The notes beneath the pieces are model-generated. The model was not told the DNA's origin and ran no database searches. It saw only the letters and a program-made list of their open reading frames with translations. From positions 175,050,057 through 175,114,056 of the forward strand of contig NC_092374.1 of NCBI RefSeq assembly GCF_030028105.1: DNA of 64,000 nucleotides, in the 5' to 3' direction. The DNA comes from Mobula birostris. Its lineage: Eukaryota. Every line of letters begins with the position of its first letter. Within the stretch, counting starts at the first letter, position 1. A program made the translations under genes and the position numbers. Below are positions 12,042 through 24,309 of this stretch, piece by piece.

Positions 12042-12717
12042 CACTCAGTGGCACTTTATTAAGTACACCTGGAATCCATTTCAAGGTTCAACGTGTTGTA
12101 CGTTCAGAGATGCTCCTCTCCACACCATTGGTTTTCCACACGTGTGGCTACTTGAGTTACCTTCATTCTTCTATCAGCTTGAACCTGTCTGCTCACTCTC
12201 CCCGACCCCTCTCGTTAACAAGGTGTTTTCTCCAACAGACATGCCGCTCGCTCGATGTTGATTTTCACCATTCTCTGTAAATTCTAGAACTGTTTTGAGT
12301 GAAAATCCCAAGAGGTCGGCAGTTTCTGAAATACTCAAGCCACTGCATCTGGCACCAACGATCATTCCACGGTCAAAGTCACTTTGATCACAATTCTTCC
12401 CCATCCTGTTAGTATTTTGTGTGCAAGAAGGGGGGATTTGGGGTTTGCAGGATTTTATTTCTTTTTTGTGTGCAGTGGTGGGGGGGATGGTTTGATGCCT
12501 TTCTTTCAATGACTTCCATGGTTTTCTTTGTTTCATGGCTATCTGGAGAAGACGAATCTTAGAACTGTATACTGCAAAATGCTTTGATAATAAATGAACC
12601 TTTGGGCTGAACGACGACTGAACCTCTTTCATGCTTGCCTTTATGTTTGAGTTGCTGCCACAAAGTCGGCTGATTATATTAACAAGCAGGTTGACCTAAT
12701 AAAGAGGCCGCTGAGTG
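12042..12717 (-). mobile_element. Non-autonomous Tc1 DNA transposon with both TIRs
   Basis: TIRs cactcagtgg(c)actttattaagtacac and gttgacctaataaagaggccgctgagtg, each flanked by TA. Tc1 HTH peptide SDFDRGMIVGARCSGLSISETADLLGFS on the minus strand. Confidence 0.85.
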
Positions 12718-12897
12718 TATGTTTAACATATCTTATTAAGGGATCTGGGGCTGTCTGTGTGCATGTCTTTGTATCTGTGCTTGTTTATCTCTATAGACTT
12801 TAACCTGTGTCTGTACAGTGTGTGCATATGTCTTTGTTTCTCCATGTCTGCACTACATTGGTAGTAAATGTTTTCCTGCCTGTCCTTCCATTCACAG

Positions 12898-12944
12898 CTT
12901 CTGACAAAGAAGAATCCTCTCCCAACTCCTCCGACGTGGCCTGA
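12898..12944 (+). CDS. MHC class I terminal coding exon (TSDKEESSPNSSDVA-stop)
   Basis: Pyrimidine-rich acceptor cctgtccttccattcacag. The Ser-rich SD..SS..SSDV tail is typical of class I cytoplasmic ends, with TGA at 12942-12944. Confidence 0.75.
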
Positions 12945-13084
12945 GGTAGGAACTGTGTTGGGCACTGGTCAATACTCGTTTTCCCAGCTCTTGTCACTGG
13001 AGCTGGTCATTACAGCACAGTCTGGGCACTGGAACTAGTACTCTGAGATGGGCAGTAACCAGTCCCACAGCATCTCACCCTTGG

Positions 13085-14660
13085 AATTTATAAATGGCAC
13101 AATTCAAATGCCATCTATAAATTTGCTGATGACACAACTACTGTTTGCATAATTTCAGATGGTGACAAGAAGGCGTACAGGAGCGAGGTTGAGTGGTGTG
13201 ACAGCAACAACCTCGCACTCAATGTCACTAAAACCAAGGAATTGATTGTTGACTTCAGGAAGGGTCATCAAGGGGGCTGAAGTGGAAAGTTCCAGCCCGC
13301 TTCAAAAAGGGCAACAATTATACCAGTGCCCAAGAACAGCAGTGTGAGCTGCCTCAGCGGCTACCACCCAGTAGTGCTCACATCTGCGGTGATAGTATGC
13401 TTTCAGCGGCTTGTCATGGCTACAATCAACACCCCTCTCAGAAAGGACCTGGACCCACTGTAATTTGCGCATCACCATAATGGGTCTGCTGCAGACATGA
13501 TCTCAATGGCTCTCCACGCAGCCTTGGATCAGCTGGACAATGCAAGTACCTATGACAGGATGCTGTTTGTTGACTATAGCTCAGCATTTAACACCATCGT
13601 TCCTACAGTCCTGTTCGCAAAGCTACAGATCCTGGGCCTCTGTACCTTCTTCTGCAACTGGATCCTCGACGTTCTAAACAGAAGACCACAATCTGAGCGG
13701 TTAGGAAAAAACATCTCCAAATCACTGGCAAGTAACACTGGTGCTCCACAGGGACGTGTGCTTAGCCCACTGTTCTACTCTCTCCACACCCATGACTGTG
13801 TGGCTATAAATTTGCTGATGATACAACCATTGTCAGCAGAATTTCAGATGGTGACGAAAGGGTGTACAGGAGGGAGACATACCAGTTAGTTGAGTAGTGT
13901 GACAGCAACAACCTTGTAGTCAACTAATTTAACTATTTAATAGACATATATATACTTAATGTAACTCAGTTGCACCCAATGTCAGCAAGATCAACCAGCT
14001 GCTTGTGGGCTTCAGGAAGGGCAAGACTGGGGAACACAAACCAATCCTCATAGAGGGATCAGAAGTGGAGAGAGTGAGCAATTTCAAGTTCCTGGGTGTC
14101 AAGATATCTGAGGACTTAACCTGAACGCAACATATTGATGCAGCTATAAAGGAGGCAAGACAGCGGCTATATTTCATTAGGAGTTTGAGGAATGTTGATA
14201 TGACACCAAAGACACTGGCAAATTTCAGCAGATGTACTGTGGAAAGCATTCCAACCGGCTGCATCACCACCTGGTATGGTGGGGGGTGGGGGGGGATACT
14301 GCACAGGATCAGAATAAGATGCAGAAAGTAAACTCAATCAGCTCCATCATGGACACTAACCTCCCCAGCATCCAGGTAATCTTCAGGAAGTGATGCTTCA
14401 AAAAGGTGGCATCCAGCAGTAAGGACTGGCATCACCCAGGACATGCCCTCTTCTCATTGCTACCATCAGAGGCGGGTACAGGACCTGTAGGCACACACTC
14501 AATGATTCAGGAACAGCTTCTTCCCCTCTGTCATCAGATTTCTGAATGGACATCGAACCCATGAACACCAGCTCAATATTTTTATTTTCTCTTTTTGCAC
14601 TATTTGTTTAACTTTTTAAATATATATTTATATTTGTCGTTCTTATTATGCATTACATCG
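13085..14660 (+). mobile_element. Mosaic of Rex1/Babar-type LINE fragments
   Basis: RT motifs MLFVDYSSAFNTI, NWILDVL, TGAPQG, YKFADDT. Confidence 0.8.
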
Positions 14661-15359
14661 TACTGCTGCCGCATTAACAACAAATTTCATAACGTATGCC
14701 AGTGATTCTGAACGGGCCCTGGCTTCGCTCGATTCCAGGGAATCGTGTTCCTGGTTCTCCTGCAGTTTGTGACCAGGGTTCCACACCACTGCCGTCTTGC
14801 GGGGCTTGCGGGGTGTTGTGATGGGGAGTTATGGGGTGAGGTTGTTAGATGGGATGGTGGGGGAGCGGGAGGATATCTGGGTTACGTTACAGTGGATGTT
14901 GGGAATTGGGAATGCCCAGACATTATCCTCACTGTTGCGTGGGTGGTTTCAGTGGGTTTCACTGTCAGTATTGGGGGAAGCTTGACTACTGAAGTTTCTC
15001 TGGGTTTGTCTCACTATATCAATCTCTCTCCCACTCCCCTCCTCCTCTGCAGGAAATCTGATCGACGGTGGGATGTTGATGAAGAAAACTTGGGTGGCAG
15101 AGTGTAATCCTGGGCTGGGCCTTTTTCTATGCCAAGGTTCCCAACCTTTCTCATGCCATGGACCAATATCACAGACCCCAGGCTGGGAACCCTTATTCTA
15201 CAGGGAAATCTATCACTTGGGTGTTTACCTTTATGGTTGGGTTTAGTGACAAGTCACCGCTGTCACTATATAATGCTGCTTTTCAAAAGTTAAATCACTT
15301 TGGAAAAGTGATTTGGTTTAGATAAAGTGAATGGGGTTTAGAGGGGAATTTCTATTTTT

Positions 15360-16960
15360 ATAAAAATATACTTTATTCAGAATAAAAATATTTACAAGCA
15401 TAAACTTTGCAACACCTTTTTACTTACTAGTAGACAATCCTCAATTATATTTTTTTAAAGCCAATAGCAACATTGTCACTCATGTGGTCCTCTGGGGTGG
15501 TACGCTAGTTTTTTTAAACAGAATAAACTTTATTCTTAATAAATTATTTACAAGGATAAACAGTTGAATGCGTTTTCATTCTTTACGTCCATAGACAATG
15601 CTTTCTGTTCTGTTCCAATGCATTCATTGCTCCCTGGGGTGGTACACTGCTACAGTAATAATGGAGGGGCTTCCTCCTCCAACCCAGCCCTTCCCTCTCC
15701 AGCACAAGAAGAATCTTACACTGTGGTCCTTCCCCACCCAGCCCTTACAGTGGCTGCACCAAGCATCAGTGTGTCCCTCAGCAAGTACGTACTCCTGCAG
15801 CCTGGACTAGGTCAGATAGCAGCGTTCTTCCATGGAAATCTCGACGTGCTGGCAGATCAACAAGGTTCAGGCTGACCAAAGAGCGTCTTTCACTGAGTTA
15901 ATGATCTGCGAACAACATAGATGTCCCGTGTGTGTGTGTCCGTCCGTCCTTGGGAACAGCCTGTACGTCAGAGAGTCCTCTGCGACACTTGGGTTGAACT
16001 ACTGTGACACAGGCCCTCGCATCTTTCTTCACACCCTCTTTGCAAACCTCACCACCATCGTCCCTCGGGCAGCGCGCAGTAGGAACGACGAACCGGACAA
16101 GCAGGAGGGAACAGTCTGGGAGGACCCCTCTCACTGCATGCCAGGCAAGTTCACGCTATCTGCCGGTGGGATCTGGCAGTGAGCCAGATGGTCCAGACTG
16201 TCTGCTCGGGAAACCACCCCGCCGTGTCCATGGAGCCCTGTCCCGGCAGCGTTTTCAGGAAGCTCTGTGCTGACCCATGCTGATGGCCTTGTAGTCAAAG
16301 GTGACGGGCTGGAGTAATTCAGTATCAGAGTCACCAGCATTTGTCGTGAAATTTGTTAACTTTGCGGCAGCAGTACAATGCAATACATGATAATATCGGG
16401 GAAAAAAAACAAAATCCCAGTAAATTTATATTTTATATATAAAAATAGTTAAATTAAGTAAGTAATGCAAAAACAGAAATTTAAAAAAGTACTGAGCTAA
16501 TAAGGACAACTAGGCCGGCAACATCTTCGCAACACAGGGGACAGGTAGATCCTCGGCACGTAGTGGAACTTGATGCCCACTTCCTCAGTTCCACACACAG
16601 CCTGATGTAACCATTCATGAAGGGGGTCATCAGGGTGAGGGTGCCATTGGTATATTTTTGTCCGCAGTGTCCATGGGCTTGTGCACTGACCTGTCTCACT
16701 TCCTCCATCTTGGATCTCCTGAAAACATCTCAAGTGATTTCCAAGCTGGAGGAGCAAGGGATAGGCCATACCTGCGCCAAGAACATCAGCTCTGAGAGCA
16801 CCTCACACCTGATGACCAGGGTCTTCCCAGTTATTGATAGAGAGCATCTTCCCTGCAGACCCAATTTCTGCTTCACCTTCCCAGTCACTCCAGCCAATTC
16901 TTTGCCCAACTCAGCCCCTCCAAACCAGATCCCCAGCACCCTCAGCACCGGACCGTGAAG
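15360..16960 (-). mobile_element. Tx1-clade LINE fragments (ORF2 C-terminus and 3' UTR), with a second 3' tail and an intervening insertion
   Basis: Peptide KVKQKLGLQGRCSLSITGKTLVIRCEVLSELMFLAQVWP matches 44200-44330. The aataaagt 3' tails appear reversed at about 15375 and 15530. Confidence 0.8.
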
Positions 16961-17024
16961 GGGGCACAGGACTGGTCGGGTCAGTTGCCGAAGAGCAAGG
17001 TCTCACTTTCTGTGCGGTTAACCG

Positions 17025-17666
17025 TGGCAATTTACTTGCCAAATGACGCTTCAAAAAGTCAAGTTTCCAAATATCATCTCACTTCTTTCCACTAGCAAAT
17101 TCTCCAGCGACTTTCGCATCACGACAATACAAACAGAAAACTCCAGTTTCTGAATCATACATAAATATTTCTCATAGCTGGACGTTCGTGACCTCATGAG
17201 CTTTCGGTGTAACAGTTTCTACTATTTTGTTTAGCCATTCAACTTTAAACAAATTTGCACTTCTTTTGCGCTTCACACCCTTCGCTTCTTTTGAATTCAA
17301 CATAGTGAATCAATATTTTTTCCAATAAAAACTTAGTAAGCTATCTACAGGATTTGAAACAGATCTTTGTAAACTTTACGATATGAACACCGTCCGCCAA
17401 ACACAGCCGCCGCCGTGATGCAGCTGTTCAAACCAGAACAGGATAGGTGAGGTGACGTAAATTAGTGACGTGCATTGTGGTATTTGAAAAACCGACTAAC
17501 TAGTTAACAGAAACAGTTAGCTAAAAGATTATTTTCAATAAGTATAATTATTAACTACTGTGTTATTTTAGGTAAGTAACTTTTTGTGCGCGCACTAATT
17601 TCCTTTGTGCGCTGGTTGAAAAACGTGTGCGCGCGCGCACATGCGCACAGTTTAGAGGGAACTATG
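17025..17666 (-). mobile_element. hAT DNA transposon 5' end with a disrupted transposase start (TTF-type zinc finger)
   Basis: Terminus catagttccctctaaactgtgcgc at 17666. ATG at 17303 gives MLNSKEAKGVKRKRS..FKVEWL..*..FCLYCRDAK..F..G..*..WKLDFLKRHLAS, with two in-frame stops. Confidence 0.7.
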
Positions 17667-17825
17667 TCACAGACCCTTCTGGACCCGACCAGCTAAATTC
17701 TTTATCAACAGTTTCTGTTTCTGTTTTAGATTTCCAGCATCTGCATTTTTTTTTCACCCAGGTCCAACAGGGTGGTGTTAATTCCAGATCATTAACCTCC
17801 AGGGTAGAAAATTCCAAATAATCCC

Positions 17826-19040
17826 TTGGAGAATCAGAGTGGACAGCTATGTGCAGAGCCAAAAGAGATGGGGGAGATTTTGAACAATTTCTTTTCTTCG
17901 GTATTCACTAAGGAGAAGAATATTGAATTGTGTAAGGTAAAGGAAACAAATAGGATAGTTATGGAAAATATGAGAATTAAAGAAGAGGAAGTACTGGCAC
18001 TTTTAAAGAATATAAAAGTGATAAGTCTCCGGGTCCGGATAAGATATTCCCTAGGACTTTGAGGGAATTTAGGTGGAAATAGCAGGGGCTCTGACAGAAA
18101 TATTTCAAATGTCATTAGAAACAGGAATGGTGCCAGAGGATTGGCGTATTGCTCATGTGGTTCCATTGTTTAAAAAGGTGTCTAAGAGTAAACCTGGCAA
18201 TTATTGGCCTGTGAGTTTGACGTCAGTGGTGGGTAAATTGATGGAAAGTATTCTCAGAGATGGTGTATATAATTATCTGGATAGACAGGGTCTGATTAGG
18301 AACAGTCAATATGGATTTGTGTGTGGAAAGTCATGTTTGACAAATCTTAATTGAATTTTTGATGAGGTTACTAAGAAAGTTAACGAGGGTAAAGCGGTGG
18401 ATGTTGTCTATATGGACTTCAATAAGGCCTTTGACAAGGTTCCACATGGAAGGTTAGGTAGGAAGGTTCAATCGTTAGGCACTAATATAGAAGTAGTAAA
18501 ATGGATTCGGCAGTGGCTAGATGGGAGATGCCAGAGAGTAGTGGAGGAGGTTTACTAAATTGAGAGAGTACAGAGGAGGTTTACTAAAATGTTGCCTGGG
18601 TTTCATCTCCTAAGTTACAGAGAAAGGTTGAACAAGTTATGTCTCTATTCTTTGGAGCGTAGAAGGTTGAGGGGGGGGGGACTTGATAGAGGTATTTAAA
18701 ATTATGAGGGGGATTGATAGAGTTGATGTGGTTAGATTTTTTCCATTGAGAGTGGGGGAGATTCAAACAAGAGGACATGGGTTGAGAATTAGAGAACAAA
18801 AGTTTAGGGGTAACATGAGGGGGAATTTCTTTACTCAGAGAGTGGTAGCTGTGTGGAACGAGCTTCCAGCAGAAGTGGTTGAGGCAGGTTCGATGTTGTC
18901 ATTTAAAGTTAAATTGGATAGATATATGGACAGGAAAGGAATGGAGGGTTATGGGCCGAGTGCAGGTCGGAGGGACAAGGATAGGGTAAGAGTTCGGCAC
19001 AGACTAGAAGGGCCGAGATGGCCTGTTTCCATGCTGCAAT
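17826..19040 (+). mobile_element. CR1 LINE ORF2/3' end with an internal deletion
   Basis: Peptides WRIAHVVPLFKK..GNYWPVSLTSVVGKLME..GKSCLTNL and RGHGLRI..NFFTQRVVAVWNELP. Confidence 0.88.
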
Positions 19041-19214
19041 TGTTATATGGTTATATTAGTCCTGTCTGAATGAAGGAATTTCTTCATAGTGAGATTTGAT
19101 CTCAGGGTCTTTGAGTTATGAGTCAAATAACGTAACCTCTCCGTCACTCAGTCATGATGAGGGGTCTCTACCCAAAACGTTGATTGTGCATTTCCCTGCC
19201 CAGAATTTGAACAT

Positions 19215-19466
19215 TTTAATTTAGAGATACAGTATGGTAACCGGCCCCTCCAGTCCAACGAACCCACGCCCCCCGCACTTACGCTCACGTCATCAATCAA
19301 TCTACCAGCCCCTACGTCTCTGGAATGTGGAGGAAACTGGAGCATCCGAAGGAAATCCACATGGTCACGGGGAGAGTGTACAGTCCAGGCTCCTTACAGG
19401 CAGTGGCCGGAGTTAAACGCAGGTGGCCTGCACTGTAACAGTGTGATGCTCACCACCGTGTCGCCC
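19215..19466 (-). mobile_element. tRNA-derived SINE (HE1/V-SINE-like)
   Basis: Reverse complement has the central core tctccccgtgaccatgtggatttcc..gctccagtttcctccacattcc, which is shared with 52600-52834. Confidence 0.6.
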
Positions 19467-20190
19467 ACAGACGCTGCCAGACCCACTGAGTTTCTCCAGC
19501 ACTTTGCACAGTGCTGCCCATTTCCAGCACCCGCAGTGTCTTGTGCCTCCAACTTGTATTCCCTTTTGAATCTAGAATCATTTTCCTCGAATCTAGGACT
19601 AAGGGCCAGTGTTTAAAACTATGTCAGCCGGTTGAGGCAGAGCGAAAAGCTACTATCGTGTCTTTCTGTCAGAGAGTTATGATCTTGGTAATGACCAGTG
19701 TATGCAGAGTCTTTGAATCTTTTTAAAGACGGAAGTGAATAGATACGTGACTAGCAGGGGGTGAAAGGTCTCTATGGAACAGATGGACAGGCTTATGGGT
19801 TTAAGGTTACAGTCAGATCATAATTTTATATGATGGAGAAGGCCAATCGGCCTTCCTCTGTCTATGCCAGTTTACATAAATAATCCCTTTCCTCACCGAA
19901 GGGTCTCGGCCTGAAACGTCGACTGCACCTCTTCCTACAGATGCTGCCTGGCCTGCTGCGTTCACCAGCAACTTTGATGTGTGTTCCTTTCCTCGCTGAA
20001 TCCCTTTCCCCGAACCTGTTTTCCCGACATTCCCAGCTGATCACTGATTCCGTTTGCTCTTGTCTGGGAGACATCCCGGGCTGCAGAGAATGGATTACAG
20101 GACAAGACGAAACAAATGCGAAGCACTGACGAGGACTAGGCAGAGAGCCGGTGGAGCAGCTGACTGCAGCCGGCAGTTCCCGGGCAGTCG

Positions 20191-20920
20191 GTGCGGGGAC
20201 GCCTCTCCGTGCCACGTGTGCGGGAAGCGCTTTGGCTGGACACGCTCCTGCGGGTTCACACCGGAGAGAAGCCTTTCGAGTGCACTGTCTGCAGGGAGAG
20301 AAATCACACATCCAGTACTCCTATTCAACACAGAAAATTCATAGCGGCGAGAAGACGTTTGCCTGTGCTCTGTGCTCAAGGAAGTTCTACACACCTTGTG
20401 ACCTGAGCAAACACGAGCAGATTCACACGGGCGAGAAGCCGTGTGAATGTAGCGTGCGTGCGAGGAGATTTCACACGTCCAGTAACCCGATCCAACATCA
20501 GCAGGTCCAGGCGGATGGGAAAGCGTTTGAATGTGCTGCGTGTAAAAAGCGGTTCTATACCTCCAGTCTTTTGACCCAGCATCAGAAGATTCACACCGGA
20601 GAGAAGCCTTTCGAATGGACTGTGTGCGGGGAGCGGTTTTTCCGGTCTGGTTACCTGATCGAGCATCAACGGGTTCACACCGGGGAGAAGAGGTTCAGGT
20701 GAGCAGTGTGTGAGAAGAGATGTCACACACCCAGCAACTTGAACGAGCACTTCAAAATTCACACTGGGGAGAGGCCTTTTGCATGTTCAGTGTGCAGAAA
20801 GTGCTTTTACACGGCCAGTAATCTATCGCAGCATCACGCTGAGGAGAAAGCCTTTCAGTCAGCCCTGTGCCAAAAGAGGTTCAACAGTTACAACATCAGA
20901 CAACGTACAGCGGGGAAGAT
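20191..20920 (+). pseudogene. C2H2 (Kruppel-type) zinc-finger array, nine fingers, mostly disabled
   Basis: HTGEKPF linkers. Frameshift near 20325, in-frame TGA at 20700-20702 replacing a Cys, Cys>Arg/Trp/Ser changes and two deletions. Only fingers 3 and 5 keep the full CxxC..H..H pattern. Confidence 0.88.
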
Positions 20921-22899
20921 GGCGACTGCGCAGGTTGAGCCGCCGATTACTCCCTGCGGTTTCGCACGTCCGAAGAATCTCTTTGTGGGATTACCTGTGG
21001 GTGGAGGTTACCGTGCCAGAGAATCTGTCATGCCGCTGTTCATGGTTAAAGCCGGCAGAAGAAATGCCGGTGAGGTGCCATTTTGTAGAAGAATGTGTCC
21101 TCCAGCTGTTTTGGGAGGTTTCAGCCCGCCCCTCCCCTCACCGTGTTCACCACAGACCTGCACGGTGCTCTCGTTCGGATAAAGACCCTGCTGTCCCGTC
21201 ACCCCTCTCCTCTGTTTAAGTTGATCCCACTGCCTCGTCACTCTGCGCACTGGAATGTGTCGTCACGCAGCTTCCACCGGGATGTAATAATCAGCTCACA
21301 GCCGTCCGCTGTGATCTCCGTTCATGCCCGGAGTCGGACTGTGCCTGGTTACTGATTCTGAGAATGCGAGAGATTGGTCTACAGTGTCTGCGCTGCCCTC
21401 AATTCCTCACTTCACTCCCCCCTCCAGCAGCCCTTTCCAAAGGTCGACGCGCAACCCTATCTCCGACCTCCTGCGATACCCTCGCCCAGTGGGAGCGATC
21501 AGCGGCCCGCTGCCCTGGTCTGAAGCGGCACCCTGTGCACAGCTCTCTGCCGGGTTTGGCCCCCTCTTTACCTGCTCGCTGCTCTCTGGGGATGGCAGCC
21601 TCCTGCTCGCCATGAACTGCGTCTGAGGGTGGCTCAGGTGTGTTGAAGTCTCATGCAGCATCACAGGCAGCTTCTTTCAGTGAGTGGCATTTGCTGAAGG
21701 CCACTGCGTCAGTGTTGTTATGGGGTGCAGTTACCTGGGGACACTGTGTCCAGATCACCACTCCCTGGTGTAAAAGGTGCTGACTGTTTACTTGGAATGT
21801 AATCGGTGTTGTAAGGATTTAGCTGTTGAATTGTTGGAGAGATCCACCTGATAAAAAGTATTGTTTAAAAATCAATATATTACCAGGATATGTATTTCCA
21901 AATCTTGCCATATGTCTCTGTCCAATTAACAACTTCACTCATTTTCTTTTAGGTATTACTCTCACTCTGAGCCCATAGTGCCCCTTCCCTCTTTAAACTT
22001 GTCTTCCCATCCTGGTCTCCTCGCTCCTGTTTTCCCCTCACTACTTCCACCTCGATTACCCTGTCACCACACCACCCAATCCCTCCCGAGGCCCACTGCT
22101 CCCCACTCCAGCACCTCCTCCCCAGGTGTGCCCGGCTGCTGAACGGGGAGTTTACCCCGCCCCTGTTCGTTGTTCAGCTCCTTGTGGTCACTGACTCTGC
22201 CCGTCCCGGGTGTCCAGCCTGGAACGGATCAGGTAACCGAGTGCTCTTCCCATTCATCACCATGGCTGTGCGTGCAACGATATTGGCCAGGACTGTCCAT
22301 TTGGCCTTTCCAGTTCTGTCTGTACAAGGATGTGGGCCAGTATCAGGCCATTCGGCCCCTCCTGCCTGCGCTGCCACTCCAAAAAGTTCTTGGCTGATTC
22401 GACCTTGGCCTCCACATCACCTTCCTGTGGTCTCTCCGTACCCCTCGACTGCCATGCAGTTTCGATATCTGTCAGTCTCCAACTTGAAGGTGTTGACCGA
22501 CTCTGCCTCCACCACTCACTGGGGGTGAGATTTCGAAAGTCGCCCCTCCCTCACCCCGCGGAGGGAAGGAATTCTACCTCTCAGCCGCCTGATACAGGCA
22601 TCATTCCGGGGCTCTGCTCACTATTTCCAGATCTCCCCCATCCCCACCCCCACCCTGGGAAAACACCCTGCCAGAGTTCAATCCCAGACAAGAGGAAATC
22701 TGCGGATGCTGGAAATCTGAGCAACGCACACAAAGTGCTGGAGGAACTCAGCAGGCCAGGCGGCGTCTATGGAAACTTGTCTTTTCATTCCCACCCCCAC
22801 TCCCCGCCCCGCAAGTGGGTAAGCTCAGGTTTTCCCTTCCTTACGTTCAAACTGCCAACACCTTGCCCACACACCTCACCTCTCCTCTCCATATCCCTC

Positions 22900-23620
22900 T
22901 TCGTGCCCCCCTTGCATCGTGCTGCCCCACATATCTGTGTATCACCAGTAGATCGGGCTACAATGCACTCATTCCCTGCATTCACATCATCAGCATCAGA
23001 GGTTTCAGCCCTGTGAACACTCACCAGTTTAACTGATCACGGCTCTCTGTCCTCTGCTACACTCCCACCGCTCTCTCCAAAATGATCTGTCACCGCTAAC
23101 CCTGTGATGTCTTGTGCAGGAAGTTTTTATACTGAGCATCCGGAAACCCGGATACAGTATATCATTGAACCCCCTATCTATCCTCACAAATGTCTGACAA
23201 ATGTTCTCAAACACAATTTCCTTTTCATAAAGTCACATTGATTCTGCCTTTTTTCTAAGTGTCCTGTTGCTGGTCCACGACTAACTGGTCCAGTATTTTC
23301 CCAGTAACTGATCTACAGGCTCCTACTTCTCTCTCCCTCCTTCCTTGAATGGTGGTGTTGCAATGCTCTAGGACCTCCCCGGAGAATCCACGGAATTTTG
23401 GTGAGTCATTGACTCTACAGCGATGTGCTTCGGGAGCCCAGGATACAGACTCTCATATCCTGGGTACTTACTTTTGCCCCAAAATAGTTTGCCTCACACC
23501 TTGCTTCTAGTGATGAAGATTCCATTATTGAGATGTTTTCTGCGACCTACCAGTGAGATCAAGGTGGAACCTCTGCCATTTTAGAATTCCCCATCATTAA
23601 TTCCTGGCCCCATGTTGTCT
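22900..23620 (-). mobile_element. Degenerate CR1 RT fragment
   Basis: CR1-like segments (ttatccgggtttccggatgctc; ELMMGNSKMAE, compare 31180-31220). Confidence 0.6.
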
Positions 23621-24125
23621 GGTTCTTCCAAAATTTAAAATCTATCCCCAGCCTTGAAAAGACATGAATGATCGTGGAGTTTAAGTGAGGAAGAGGTGGT
23701 CTGAGGGAGATGTGCCAGATCGTGTGCAGAGAGGGAGTACCTGTAGGCATTATAGGGGAGATAGACATGCACCGGAGGCTGCAGTGACAAGATTCAGCTG
23801 GTGAGATAGCTAGACTGGAGCAGAGTTGCTCATTGTGCCTCCGATCACAGGTGTCTATTCCGTGAAACACCTTTCCGAGTGCCAGTTAACTCATCGCCTA
23901 CACACTGCTCCCTGCCCCTTTAGTCCTTTCCCCGGTCCCCTGGTGTGACGGTGCGGTCTCGCCATTATTTGTGATGGGAACCATCCTCTCAAAAAAACTT
24001 TGAGTTACCAACCTCCGGGCATTCTAAAACCATTAGAGAGCACAGGAACCCGCCCACGATGCCCGGACACCAGGTGAGGAAAACGGACTCGCAGGGACTG
24101 GCGTTGTGCGGATAACGAGTTGGAT

Positions 24126-24138
24126 TCTAGCTTTCAAC
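24126..24138 (-). terminator. snRNA 3' box of U1 copy A
   Basis: GTTGAAAGCTAGA lies 8 nt after the U1 3' end and resembles the vertebrate 3' box GTTTN0-4AAARNNAGA. Confidence 0.65.
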
Positions 24139-24145
24139 CGAAGGT

Positions 24146-24309
24146 CAGGGGAGAGCGCGAACGCAGTCCCCCACTACCACAAATTTTGCAGTCGAGTATC
24201 CCGCATTTGGGGACATCGCAGGCATCAGCACACCCGCAGTGCAATGGGATAGCCTCATCCTGGAACCTCAGCCTTACTGATCACCGACAGTTCCCTGCCA
24301 GGTAAGTAT
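24146..24309 (-). ncRNA. RNU1: U1 snRNA, divergent copy A
   Basis: 164 nt: 5' ATACTTACCTG, SL1 loop GATCAGTAAG, U1A loop ATTGCACTGC, Sm site AATTTGTGG, SL4 GGGGACTGCGTTCGCGCTCTCCCCTG. Confidence 0.96.
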
